In this document: positions 51,306 to 62,956 of the stretch, one piece after another
How the letters are laid out: every line of letters starts with the position of its first letter
Position numbering within the stretch: position 1 is the first letter of the stretch
Assembly: GCF_964204645.1 (NCBI RefSeq)
Contig: NC_134032.1
Span: 4,798,175 to 4,862,174, forward strand
Source of the DNA: Tubulanus polymorphus
Taxonomy: Eukaryota; Animalia; Nemertea
DNA: 64,000 bases
Reading direction: 5' to 3'
Made by a program: the position numbers and the translations under genes
The notes under the pieces: model-generated
Databases searched by the model: none
Told to the model about the DNA's origin: nothing
What the model saw: only the letters and a program-made list of their open reading frames with translations

Positions 51306-52750
51306 TTATTTATTTTTTATTATTTTTTCCTGATATCTTTTTGATATCATATTCACTAACCCAAAAATAATAGCACTTACAACTGTAATTAAAAATAAGA
51401 TAATATGTTCAGCAGCAAAATTAAGAATATTCCCAGCAGATTTCAATATAAAACCAACAATTGATGCAATAATTCCTGGTAAAGCTGCAGCAGATTTTTT
51501 AGATAGTTCCCATAAATATTTTGCTAATTTCTTTAAACCATCTTTAACTTTATATTGTATTGAATTATTACCTGGGGGTTTATCCGGTTTATTGGGAGTA
51601 GGAGTAGATTTTAAAGAATTTGATATTGCTAAACCAATTGTTGTAAATAACATAGTAACAGCTGTTAGAATTGAAAGAATTGTTATTCCTTCTAATTTAA
51701 ATAATAATTTTATTCTATCTTTCAAGGATAAGTCAGAATTTGGTTTTATTCACAAATCTTTAAAAATAACTTTTAATCTATTAATATTATAATCATATGA
51801 TTTTAATAATAATTTAATTTCTTCTTTTTTAATTCTATGTTATATTCTAAATCATCAATTTCTTTTTCTAAATATGCATTTCTTTTTTTAAATTCAATTT
51901 CTTCAATAACTTTATTATCTCTATCTAATTTTAATTGTTCTATTTCTTTAATTTTATCAGTTCTGTCTTTTTCCAAAGTTCTAATTTTAAAATCTCTTAT
52001 ACTTTTATCATGCGCAATTTTATCAGATGCATTTCTTATGCTAATAATCTCTCTAATTGCTTTATCAAAAAATATATCTAAATCCTCTAGTTGTTGATCT
52101 GTTGCATCAATTAATCCATTCGGTAAAAGTTTTTCAATTGGAACTTTATTTGATTTAAGTTTACTAGTTTTGGAAGTTATATTTTGTTCAGAAGTTGTTT
52201 CTGTTTCTGATTTCTTTTTGATTATTTCAAATAATTCATTAATTCTTTGTTTATATACGTCTATATTATCATCTATTTCTTTTTGTGTAACATCAGTTAT
52301 TTCATTACTATTACTTAATATTTTAATTCTATCTGGTTTTAATTTTTCTAAAGTTGATTCTGATAATATTCTATTTTTATAAGTGATATCAATATAATTA
52401 TCACCTTTCAAACGATAATAACATTTACCATTATCTAAAAATTTTAATTGATCTGCTAAAAGTCCAACGTCTTCATCATTTATGTTAAGTTTAGATTTTT
52501 CAATTAAATCTTCTAATTTAGGTATTTTGTTTAAATTATCTAAATCTTGTTTTACTAAATCTGGGTCTAAATTTTCAGGATTTAATTGTGATTCTGCATT
52601 TTTAATATAATCAGGCATATTTAAATTATTATTATATTCTGGCTCATTACCGTCATTAAAACTTGTTTCATCAAAATCAGGTGGTTGTTCATCACTTATA
52701 CCAGGTTCATCAAAAGGATCCATTCCAATATCTTCACCTTCTACATCCAT
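51306..52750 (-). pseudogene. Acidic/coiled-coil protein with C-terminal membrane helices
   Basis: ORFs 51803..52750 and 51306..51725 are colinear and only the first has a TAAATG start. Confidence 0.6.
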
Positions 52751-52978
52751 TTATATAATAAAAAATTAAAATTTAAAATATAATATTCCTCCTATAACAA
52801 TTCCTATACAAGTTAAAGCTAATTTAGTATTTTCATGGGATTTATTATCATAATAAGTTTTAATTATATCATGCTGAATATTATCAGTTTAAATATTTTC
52901 TGTAGTATTGTAATCTTTTATTTTGGAATCATTATTTAATTTAATATTCTTAGTTTTAGTTTCTGTTGATTGAATGTG

Positions 52979-54174
52979 TTATTTATTTTTTTCGCCTTCC
53001 ATTAATTTTGGAGCAGTAATAATCTTTTTATTTATATCATTTAACCCAAATGAATTATTTATTGTTGCAGTTTTAATTAGATTATTATAACCAATTATAT
53101 TTCCCATCTTTAATACTAAATCATTAGAAATAATTAATAGATTAGGGCCTATACAATAATTTAATCTTATATGTGATTTATCTAAATAATTTTGATATCT
53201 TACAATGTTTTCTGGAATCGATCTATTTTTATCATTATGAATAGAATCTTCAAATAATACTTTGAATTGTTTCTGTGTATCAAATGATGTATTTAAATTT
53301 CCAATTACTGGGGATCTTGTTTCAACTTGCGCACCTAAAATACATATCAAATGAGTTCTAATAGATTGATTTATTCTTTGTATACCTGATTTTGTAAAAC
53401 CTTCATTATTTTCTAAAATGAAATAAACCCAACCATTATTGTTTTCTTGTTTTAAATCATCATAACATTTCGGTAATTTATTGAAATTTAATGTTTCTAA
53501 ATCCTTTGTTTCTATTTTACCATAACCTAATTCATTATTATAGATATTATAAAAACTATGAGATGGTATGGGAAGTGCACAATATTCTGCAATCTTTTTA
53601 GGGCAAGGAAGTGATCTTATTGTTCCAATTTTCGTTCTAAAATCAGAATTATTTATATCTATATTAAATTCCTTACAAATTTTATAAACCTTTGATAAAT
53701 TAATATTATTATCTAATTCTTTAAAATATCTAGATCCTGGTAAAGCACACTCTAATTCATTTAATATTATTCTTATTTGAAAGTATGTATGAAATCTAAA
53801 TAAACTTTGAATTAATTTATATTTAGAATTATTCAAATGATCATTCCAACTTATACCACATCCTGGGGTTGCACAATAAACAGCAAAATTTAATTGGTTC
53901 TGCCAATACTTCATATTAGATTTTAATAACCATTGTTTTTCATCTTTCAATTTTTTAAAATTAATTAAATATACATGAAATATATTTTCCATCTTTGCAT
54001 TAAAATTATAAGTTTCAGTAACATAAATTTCTAAATTAGTTAATGAATCTATAACTTCATCATTTCTATATGTAATATCTTTATTAAAATCTATTGCTGG
54101 AATATTATATTTAATTGATTTATTATATTGGAAAGCTTTTGGAAAACTATCTACCAAGCTTTTGGAAACCCCAT
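52979..54174 (-). CDS. Polinton hypothetical protein (~400 aa)
   Basis: Long ORF; likely true start at TAAATG 54174, disturbed by a short duplication; C-terminus probably continues to ~52770 via frameshifts. Confidence 0.65.
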
Positions 54175-54190
54175 TTATATAATTAAAAAA

Positions 54191-54616
54191 TTAATAATTT
54201 ATTAATTCTTTTAATAATTTATCTTGTTCTTCAACTGTTATATGACCATTTAAACTTATGATATAATCTAGTATGTTCTTTAATTTATTAATTTCTTTTA
54301 TATTAGTTTTAATTTTTTCTTTATTACTTTTTATATCTAATTTTGAACTTATACCAGTTAAAACACTTGAACTTAATCCTAATACACCAATTGATATAGC
54401 TAAAGGTGTTAATGGACTGAATATTGCTAGAAATGTTATTACAGAACTAATTGTAACCGAACCACTTATAATCAAATAATATATAATTTTAGATTTTAAA
54501 TATTTTTTCTTTTTAACTTTTAAGTCACTTTCAAATTCTAATATTTGTTTTTCTCAATATATTTTTAATTTAGTTTTATTTATATCATGAGGAATAATAT
54601 CAATATTATCTTCCAT
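54191..54616 (-). pseudogene. Small two-TM / coiled-coil protein
   Basis: TAAATG start at 54616 is in frame with ORF 54191..54475; one internal stop. Confidence 0.55.
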
Positions 54617-54635
54617 TTATTTAGAAAAAAAATTA

Positions 54636-55058
54636 CTAATTAGTAAACTTATAAGCAACAAATATAACAATAACAGTTCCGCCTAAAATCCAAATTATTT
54701 CATATTTCTGTTGTTCTTTACTTGGGGTATAATAATCTGATAATTTAGGTTTGTATAGATGTAATTTTTCTTTAATTGTTACTGCGTTATATAAACTCAT
54801 TGCATCATCAACTGATTGAAAATCTCTATGTGAAATCTTCTGATCATATAATTCTTTGCTAATATAATCCATATAGTTTCGCCTCTTTTCTCTATATTCT
54901 TCTGCTGCTTTATTGTATTTCTCTAATGCTAAGTTATTTCTTCTTTGTTCTCCTAATGAACTATTTTTATCAATATGTTTAAATAAATATCCACCACCAG
55001 TAAATCCTAAAGCGTTAACAATTGCCCATCCTATAATATTTATATTTGCAGAAGCCAT
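54636..55058 (-). CDS. Polinton hypothetical protein, 140 aa, Gly-rich hydrophobic N-terminus and C-terminal TM
   Basis: Intact ORF with TAAATG start. Confidence 0.7.
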   Translation of the reverse strand: MASANINIIGWAIVNALGFTGGGYLFKHIDKNSSLGEQRRNNLALEKYNKAAEEYREKRRNYMDYISKELYDQKISHRDFQSVDDAMSLYNAVTIKEKLHLYKPKLSDYYTPSKEQQKYEIIWILGGTVIVIFVAYKFTN

Positions 55059-55082
55059 TTATTTAGTAAAATAATTACGCAT

Positions 55083-55303
55083 TTATATGGGAGGAATATA
55101 TTTTTGTTTTTCTAAATAATCAAAAGTTAAATTAGATAAAGTAACTGCTAACGTTAATTTTAAGATATCATTTATATCAAATCTATCAACATTAACACTT
55201 CCCATTTTAATACATTTTTTAATACCATTGAATAACATACAGTTCCAACTGATAGTAATGCGCCATTATATAATCCAGTTATTATCCACTTATTATCACT
55301 CAT
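55083..55303 (-). pseudogene. Small hydrophobic protein (~73 aa, one frameshift)
   Basis: TAAATG start at 55303; manual translation MSDNKWIITGLYNGALL...YLEKQKYIPPI. Confidence 0.5.
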
Positions 55304-55443
55304 TTATTAATCGAAAAAATTACTATCTTTAAAATATTTAGTTAACTTATTTACGATTAATTCAACATTTATTTCATTACTAGTTTCATTTGTATATATT
55401 TCAATTATTATTTTTTTAATATCATCGATGATAAAATCTTCAT

Positions 55444-55665
55444 TTAAACTAATTCATAAAATATTAAAGATTCTCTAAGTAAATTAGTAATCTTTTCTAC
55501 ATTTAAAGTTTCTTTATCTATTGTTGTTTTATACTCAAATGTTGTTTCATTAGAAAATGATATATTTTTGATATGTGTAATTACATCATTAATGTTAAAT
55601 TTCATTTCTTTCACACGTTTAAAATCAAATCCAAAACATATGCTCGGCCCAACAGTTATATTCAT
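55444..55665 (-). CDS. Polinton hypothetical protein
   Basis: TAAATG start; probably extended to ~55320 originally. Confidence 0.5.
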   Translation of the reverse strand: MNITVGPSICFGFDFKRVKEMKFNINDVITHIKNISFSNETTFEYKTTIDKETLNVEKITNLLRESLIFYELV

Positions 55666-55681
55666 TTATATAATGAAAAAA

Positions 55682-56444
55682 TTACTCTCTACATCTTATA
55701 ACTAATTCATAAATTACAGGAAAGTTATTCAAATCAATTAAATATCCATTATGATTTCTTATTTCTAATTTAAAATTATTAAAATGTGGAATACAAGGTT
55801 TAAAATCACATTCAGCTAAATTATAATTTATTTGCGTTCCAAATTGTTTAACATTTTTTAATGGTAAAATATTTAATATACTAGAATTACAAATTGTATC
55901 TTTAGTTGCTTCAAATGCTTTTGTAGGACCAATTAAATTGCAATAAATATAAAAATGTGTAAAAGGTATTATATTTGATATACATACCATATGTGTTTCT
56001 AGTCATAATACGCGGTTTAATTCCTAACATTTTAGCTATTGGTTTGTGTACCATAAATGCATGTTTGCGTTCATCATCTAACTTTATTTTAATTTTATTA
56101 GAACTATCACTTTTTATAAATCTAATTGAAAATTTATCTTCACTTTCAAGTTTTACTTGTGCTCTTCTATTAATTTCTTGGGCTAATGTTTCTAAATTAT
56201 ATAACCCTGGTTTTAAAAATAGATGAAACCATTTTCCTTTATCTTCATTAAAAATCAAAAAGACTCTATGTTCAAGAGTTTTATCCGATATATTGTAAAA
56301 TGAGTTACATAAACTTATATTTACTAATTTTAAATCTACACAATTCTTAAATTCTCTATCTAATTGTACTAGTAAATTATGTGATTTATAATTTGTAAGT
56401 TTTCTAGAATCAACAAATATTCTGTATTCTTTTAATTCTACCAT
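55682..56444 (-). pseudogene. Minor capsid (penton-like, single jelly-roll) protein
   Basis: Two overlapping ORFs; SFYNI, PGLYN, FYIYCNLI and NGYLIDLNNFPVIYEL motifs typical of Polinton minor capsids. Confidence 0.7.
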
Positions 56445-56512
56445 ATTTTATAACATAAAAAAATTACCGCTCATCACTAAAAATTAATTTTAATAAAATT
56501 TTTCCTAAATAA

Positions 56513-57740
56513 ATTGATGAGAAGATAGCATGCGAAATTTGTGGTGAACTTCTAAGAAAAAGTAATATGGCTCGACATATGAAAAAACATGATGAAAATT
56601 ATAAACCCCCTAAACTAAACTGCCCAAAATGTAATAAATTATTCACACGAAATTATGTTAAAAAACATTCAGAGAAGTGTAGAATTAATGGCACAACGGC
56701 TCATGTTGATAGTTATGAAAGTAATAGTAATTCTGCTGAAGTTGAACCTGAAGTTATTTGGAAAAGACCTTTCTTATTCTATGATAAGGATAATATAAAA
56801 GATCATTTCTGTGAGCCTCGTCGAATGAAATATAGCCCTGAAAATACAGAAGATTGGGAAAATCATCAATTTCGTAAAGCACATATAGATAAAATTTCTA
56901 ATAAATTTGAAACTGAATTCAATGAAAGAAAAGATAATTTATTAGAAAAAAATAAAATATGAGAAAACGTTACCAGATAATAAAGAAACAGTTGAAAAGT
57001 TAGAAAAACAATATAATGAATTAACAAGAAAAACATATTATTGTAAATATTGTAAATTGATTATTAGAACAAGTAATTCAAATCTACATAATAGAACAAT
57101 AAAACATAAAGAAAACGTAAGAAAATACCAAGAGCTTAATGAAGATCTATTACCAATAAATTATAAACAAAAATGCCCACAATGTAGTTATGCGACCTTA
57201 AGGCAAGAAGGTACTGTGTTATTTTGTAATGAATGTGGATGGCAAAAGAATTTATTGGGTGAAGAAAAAACTAGAAATTTTCACATAGATCCAAAATTAA
57301 ATTATCTTGATGAAATTTTTAAAATATTTTCTATAGAAGATCATACACCAGAATATATGCAATGGCTTGAAAAAATGAAAACTATAGAAAATAAAAATGG
57401 TGAAATAACAAAAAAAGATATTATAAAAACAATTATTCCGTCAACATTTAACACAAAACAAAAGAAAATGTATTTATATTTATTATTTAACGATTATTAT
57501 GAAAAACCTAAATTAACAGAAGAAGATATGAAAAATATAAAAAAAATATTCAAACAAATATTAATGTATTATTTGGAAAATAGAATAACAGATTCAATAA
57601 ATTATGAATTCTTTTTAAATAAGATTGTAAATTATTTAAACCTAGATATTATAATTCCATTTGATGAATTAACAAACAAAAAGAAACAAAGAGAGCGAGA
57701 TGATATGTGGAACAAGATAGAACAAGGAAGAAGAACCTAA
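56513..57740 (+). pseudogene. Zinc-finger protein fused to a poxvirus VLTF3 (A2L)-like late transcription factor domain
   Basis: Three C2H2/C2HC fingers, then CPQC-x11-CNECG, NYLDEIF, INYEFFLNKIV and KQRERDDMWNKI. Start apparently mutated (TAAATT at 56510-56515); frameshifts at ~56950-57010. Confidence 0.6.
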
Positions 57741-57803
57741 ACAATTAAATGAAAATGAAGAAGCCAATAGTGATTTCGAGTATGATAATATTGATTTTAT
57801 GTT

Positions 57804-60800
57804 TTAATAACCATAAGGTAATGTTTTTATACCATCATCTAAAATATGCCTTTTATCATCAAATGGATTTAAACTAGTTTTTTCAACTTCATTAATGTAC
57901 ATCTCGTGATCTTCTGATCTTAAACAATTCATTTTGTGTTTCATTACAATTGATTTATATAAACATTTTATATAATCTAGAAATTCTATATGTTTATCAA
58001 CCACATGTTTTGTTATTCCTTTTAACTTTTTAGCTTCATGATCTTTTGTTCTATAACTATACATTTTACTTCTTATCCCAACAAATTCAATCATTTCATC
58101 ACCCCCTAATTCATCTTTAAACTTACCAGGAATCTTTTTATTATCATTGCTAAATAGTTCATGATCTTTGGGATAATTGCTAAAATCAAAATGATGTTTT
58201 AATGTTTTTAAGTCTTTTGTTATATCATTTGTCTTGATTTTTAGTATGTAGGCGTCCGTATTTTTGGCTATTAATGGAAATCCACAGTTAAATGTACCAT
58301 CTTCAGTTGATAAATCATAAACATAATCTGTTGGGTTATATATTTCAAATAAATCCTTAACTTCTTCTGTTAACTCATTTTCTACATGGCTTAAATTAAA
58401 GCAATTTGGTTTAGATTTAATCAATCCAATATTCATATTAAAACCTAATTAATTACATAATATATTCAATCCTGATATAGCAACTTTTCCTTTTTGAGCT
58501 AAAGATATCGTTTTGCGGTTTTTGAAACTTTTTGAACAATCTGCAGCATAAAACCCAATGAAGAACCATTTTCTTAAATTATTTTTTGCATTTAATACAT
58601 AATCTGGTACTATCTTTTCTTTAGTTGAAGTATTACTTTTCACTATTGCATGAATATAGAATTCATCATTATATTTTATAGCAAAATCTTTAGGATTATT
58701 TACAAGTATTCTATAAACTGCTGTTGATTTCATATGATCCACGATGTTTTATGTGAATAAACTTCTTCACAGAATTTCTTTATTCTTTCTAATAATTTTA
58801 AGTTTTGATTGCATAAATACCAGCAATATTGAGTGCGATTAACATAATTATACACACCTGCTGAACCATCTCCCATGAAAAATCCTTTGATAAGATATTC
58901 TTTTTCTTCTAATGTTTCGGGTTCTATGTTATAAATATTATCAATTATTTCATCAAATGACATATGATTCATTCTTTGGAAAAATCTTTTATGTAATAAT
59001 TCATCTCCAATTTTTATATCAGTTGGTTTTATTTCATTACCATTTCGTTTAATTAAACTATGATCTTCTGTAACATCTACAAACCCTAATTTAGTTCTAA
59101 CTCTATAAATTTTCTTATTTGTTTTATGCCTAATAATATTCTTTAATTTTTTCCATCCATTTCTTGTCCAAATATCCATTAAACCATTTATTTGTATTAA
59201 TTCTTTTTCACCATATGAAATATAACATTCATTTTGTTTTGGAATTATTTCTGAAATTTTCTTATCAATATTTTATTATTCCATTTTAATAATATTGGGG
59301 TGTCAGCTGTTACAGAATCAAAATATAATATTTCAATATGCTTTTCCCCAAAAAGTGGTTGTAAAACATTATAATAAAAATCATACATTAATAATTTTGA
59401 TACTCCTAAAACAGTTGAACCAATGAATATAGGTTTATTAAATTTCATTGACGTTCTTTTTAATTTAACTGCTGTTAAATAATCTTCAAATCTTTTATTT
59501 CCTAAATGTCTAGGACTTGATTGTAGATGTCTTAATCTTTCAGAATTATTTACTAATTCAATATCATTTCTATTTCTAATATTTTCGCATGTTTTACCAT
59601 AAAAACTATTATTCATTAATTTGAAGAAATCTTTTTCAAAATCTGTTTTTGATATGGTTCTCTGTTGAGTATTGAAATCTATATATTTTTCTAACCACTT
59701 CGATTGATTAAATTCAATATATCTATGTACTTTCTTTAATTTCATTCTTTGTTTTAGATAAAATTTTAACATTCTATAATGAACAATATAATTGTATTTA
59801 TTATTTTGAGTAAGTATTAATTTTTCTGTAAAAACATGATCTTTCGGTTTTATTTTCTTCTGGTATTCACTTAAATAACTATCATCTACGGTTAAATGTT
59901 CTGGGCAATAAGGTAAGTTTCTTGTTTTAAACTTTATATTTTCAGGATATTCTAAATCAACTACAAAGAAATAACCAATTGGTGCTTCATCTTCTAAACT
60001 CATAATTGCGCTTTCCCAATTAGTTTTATCATCATTTTCAACTTCTGTTAATATAAAATTTTTATATGGTTGAGATTGCATCATTGCCCAACCATATAAA
60101 TTATTGGCGTCAATATATAATAATTTATATTCATCATTTGCTTTAAAATACCTATCTCCCATAACACCACTAATTCCACCTCTAATTGATTTTTTTTCAA
60201 ATAATAAAACCATATCTGGTTTTTTTAATAAATCTTATTCTACATTTGTATATTTTTAACCACATTGCCAGGTTAAACCAGGACTTGAATAACAATAACA
60301 AGGATCAAAATTAAAATGATTCAAATTAACTTCTCTAAATTTTTCAAATATGTCAGCCAATATCATAACATCGGATTTTAGATATAAATCAACTAATTCA
60401 CCATGATTTTTTATCTCAAAATGGTTCCAAATATTTAATGTTCTATTAAACACTTCATCTTTCACATACTCCTCTTTTAATTGATCATAAAATTGATCTT
60501 TTAATAATTCTGTTACATTAAAATCATTGTGTGTTTTATAAAATGAATAAGGAATTGCGCCTTTATATCTCAATAATTTAAAATCTTCGTCATTTGGATA
60601 ATAATATCGAGTTATTATAAAATCATTATCAACTAAACTTTTTTTGATAAATTATCTAATGAACTTGCTAGAAATCTATAAGAATCTAAAAATCTAATGC
60701 AACCAAATTGAAATGAAATATAATTTTCAGATGTTTTAGCTAATAGTTTAAAATCATATTCTCTTACATTTACACCATTCATAGCATTATATTCTTCTAT

Positions 60801-62872
60801 TTCTTGATTAATTGTACCCAATTTGTTTGGTAATTGTTTTATAAATAGATGGGTATCATAGCCTGATAAATTATGAAATAATATTGGTACGAAATTAACT
60901 TTCTTAGCTTGAATATTGCAATCTTCATCAGCAGCTCCACGATATTTTGAATTTAAATGATCGTGATCTCTAACTTTTTTATCAAATGAATAAAAACGTT
61001 TTTCACAATAACAACAATGAGTTGCATAATTAAAATCAATTTCATCTTCTTTTGTCATAACTATTTTTTTATTTTTGTTTAATAATTTTGCAAAATCACT
61101 TTCTAATTCAATCATTTTGTCACAAAAATCATTAACTACATCTTCACCTCTAAAAGAAATATATTGACTTTCATATAATTCGGGATAATTTGATTTTATA
61201 TAAATTCCATAAGGAGCAGCTCTTTGATGAACTTTTTAAATTGTATTTATAATTGGTGGGTCTTGTATTGTGTCTTCATTTAATTCATTTCCTTTATCCA
61301 TTGATTTTAATAATTGCTTTTTGTTATATATTTCTTTTCTATCTTGATCAGTTAATTCTTTATTCAACGATTCAAAATCCCCATAAATTACAAATGGAAC
61401 AATATTTTTAAATTCATGATTAGTAAATTTCAACTTACAATCTTTTTTTGTTGGCATTATTAATTTACAAAAATCTTTATTATGACATAATTCTTTATGT
61501 TTTAATAATGTATTCTCAGTCATAAATTTAGATAAACATTTTCTACATAGATAAATTTTATTATGGTGATCACTTACTGTTCTAAAGAATAAATCAATTT
61601 GTTTTAACCACATATAATGTTCATTTTCATCTTTTTTGTTATATAACAAATCTATAGCATTTTCATCATCATAATATTCTGTTAAATATAAAGCTTCCAA
61701 TGTATAATCTTTAATATTTTCACCTTTTGTCTTTGGTAATTGCATTAATTCGAATACATTTATTTTTAAATTATTAACTTTTTCTATTTTAGGAATCATT
61801 TTTTATAGTTACTGGATATTGATCAATTTTATATAATGTTTCATATTTCCGGTAATTTGTTATTCTAAAACTATGTGTCATATCTTCTGTTGGGTGTAAA
61901 CAACTAATAATTGACCATAGAAAACATTTATTATCTTCATTTTGAACATTTATTACTGCTTTTGTTGTAAATGGTAATTTAATATAAGATGATGCTTTAA
62001 TATCCTTTTCTGTTGTAAAGTTTGAATCATTTTTAAACATTTTATTACTTTTTGATGTTTTATTCCTTTTTGTATTGTAAACATTTAAATCTAAATATAT
62101 AATTTCATTCAATGTTAAGCCAGAACCCTCAAAATATCTTTCTTCAATACGACGTTTAAATACATTAAATATTTTTTCTAACTTCTTTTTTATTTGTGTT
62201 TTTGAAATTATTTCTTCAGAGAGTGTTTGAATATTATAATCCATTTTTTCTTCTGACTTTATAAAACTTACTTTCCCAGAGATACTAATTTTTGGATATT
62301 CAACATCTGTTATCAAATCTAGTATTTTTTCTATTATTTCATTAAATTTACAATAATCTTCTATTGTTGTACCTTTAAAAAATTTAAATATAATAGCTGC
62401 AGGACCAATTTTACTATGTAATGTTTCTAAAATTTCAATTGTATCTTTTATTTCTAATGAATCAATATAATTTCTAACATTTTCCATGTAAGGTTTATTT
62501 GAAATGGATTTAGTTTTTGAACTTGGTTTTTTTACTTTTTGAGATTTATCATCAAAATATTCTGATCCTAAAACATTTTTATTTAAATTTTTATAATGTT
62601 TTTGTGATTCGAGATGTCTATTATAATTCCTTTTTACTATAAATTCATTACAAACTTCACATTTTATTTCATCCACATTCATATTTTCTAATCTTTCTTT
62701 TCTTTCATTGGAATTATCTGGAGTTTCAAAATCTATTAGAATTTTTTATATGATTTGCAGTTTTTTCATGTCGTGTTTTATTAGATGTATCGATGTATTT
62801 TTTACAATATGTGCAATAATATTGATTTTTATTAACATTATTGTTTTCTGTCTGGTGTTCATTCTCTCCCAT
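57804..62872 (-). pseudogene. polB: Protein-primed family B DNA polymerase with N-terminal zinc fingers, an endonuclease VII-like insert and an intein
   Basis: ExoI YGDFES, ExoII FHNLSGYD, ExoIII YLKSDV, SIRGG, motif A YIDANNLYG, motif B KLMNNSFYGK, motif C YFD|TDA, KMY, KLKGI; multiple frameshifts. Confidence 0.93.
58260..59316 (-). mobile_element. Intein with a LAGLIDADG homing endonuclease in PolB motif C
   Basis: Block A SVTADTPI, block B VDVTEDHSL, block C LIKGFFMGDGS, block E FFIGFYAADCS, block F YVYDLST, block G IAKN followed by Thr+1; two frameshifts and one stop. Confidence 0.9.
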
Positions 62873-62956
62873 TTATTAGGAAAAAAATTACTTGTGGTGA
62901 TTAGTGGTGTCTCGTCCTCTCGTCCTCTCGTATGAAAGCCTACTTTTCCAATTACT
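62865..62956 (-). repeat. Polinton right TIR
   Basis: Reverse complement of 42290-42382. Confidence 0.95.

Larger units (their letters stand above)
42290..62956. mobile_element. Polinton/Maverick-type endogenous dsDNA virus, complete
   Basis: AGTA...TACT termini, ~93-bp TIRs, 6-bp TSD TTTGTA (42284-42289; 62957-62962); pPolB, rve integrase, A32-like ATPase, major and minor capsid genes. Confidence 0.95.

Noticed and set aside
51592-56226. Plus-strand ORFs overlapping Polinton genes (51592, 51837, 52170, 54273, 55975)
   Set aside because: Antisense shadows of AT-rich coding sequence with no TAAATG starts
42290-62956. Bacterial prophage or contaminant explanation for the intein-bearing region
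   Set aside because: It has a TSD within a BEL retrotransposon, an rve-chromodomain integrase and a nested eukaryotic DNA transposon
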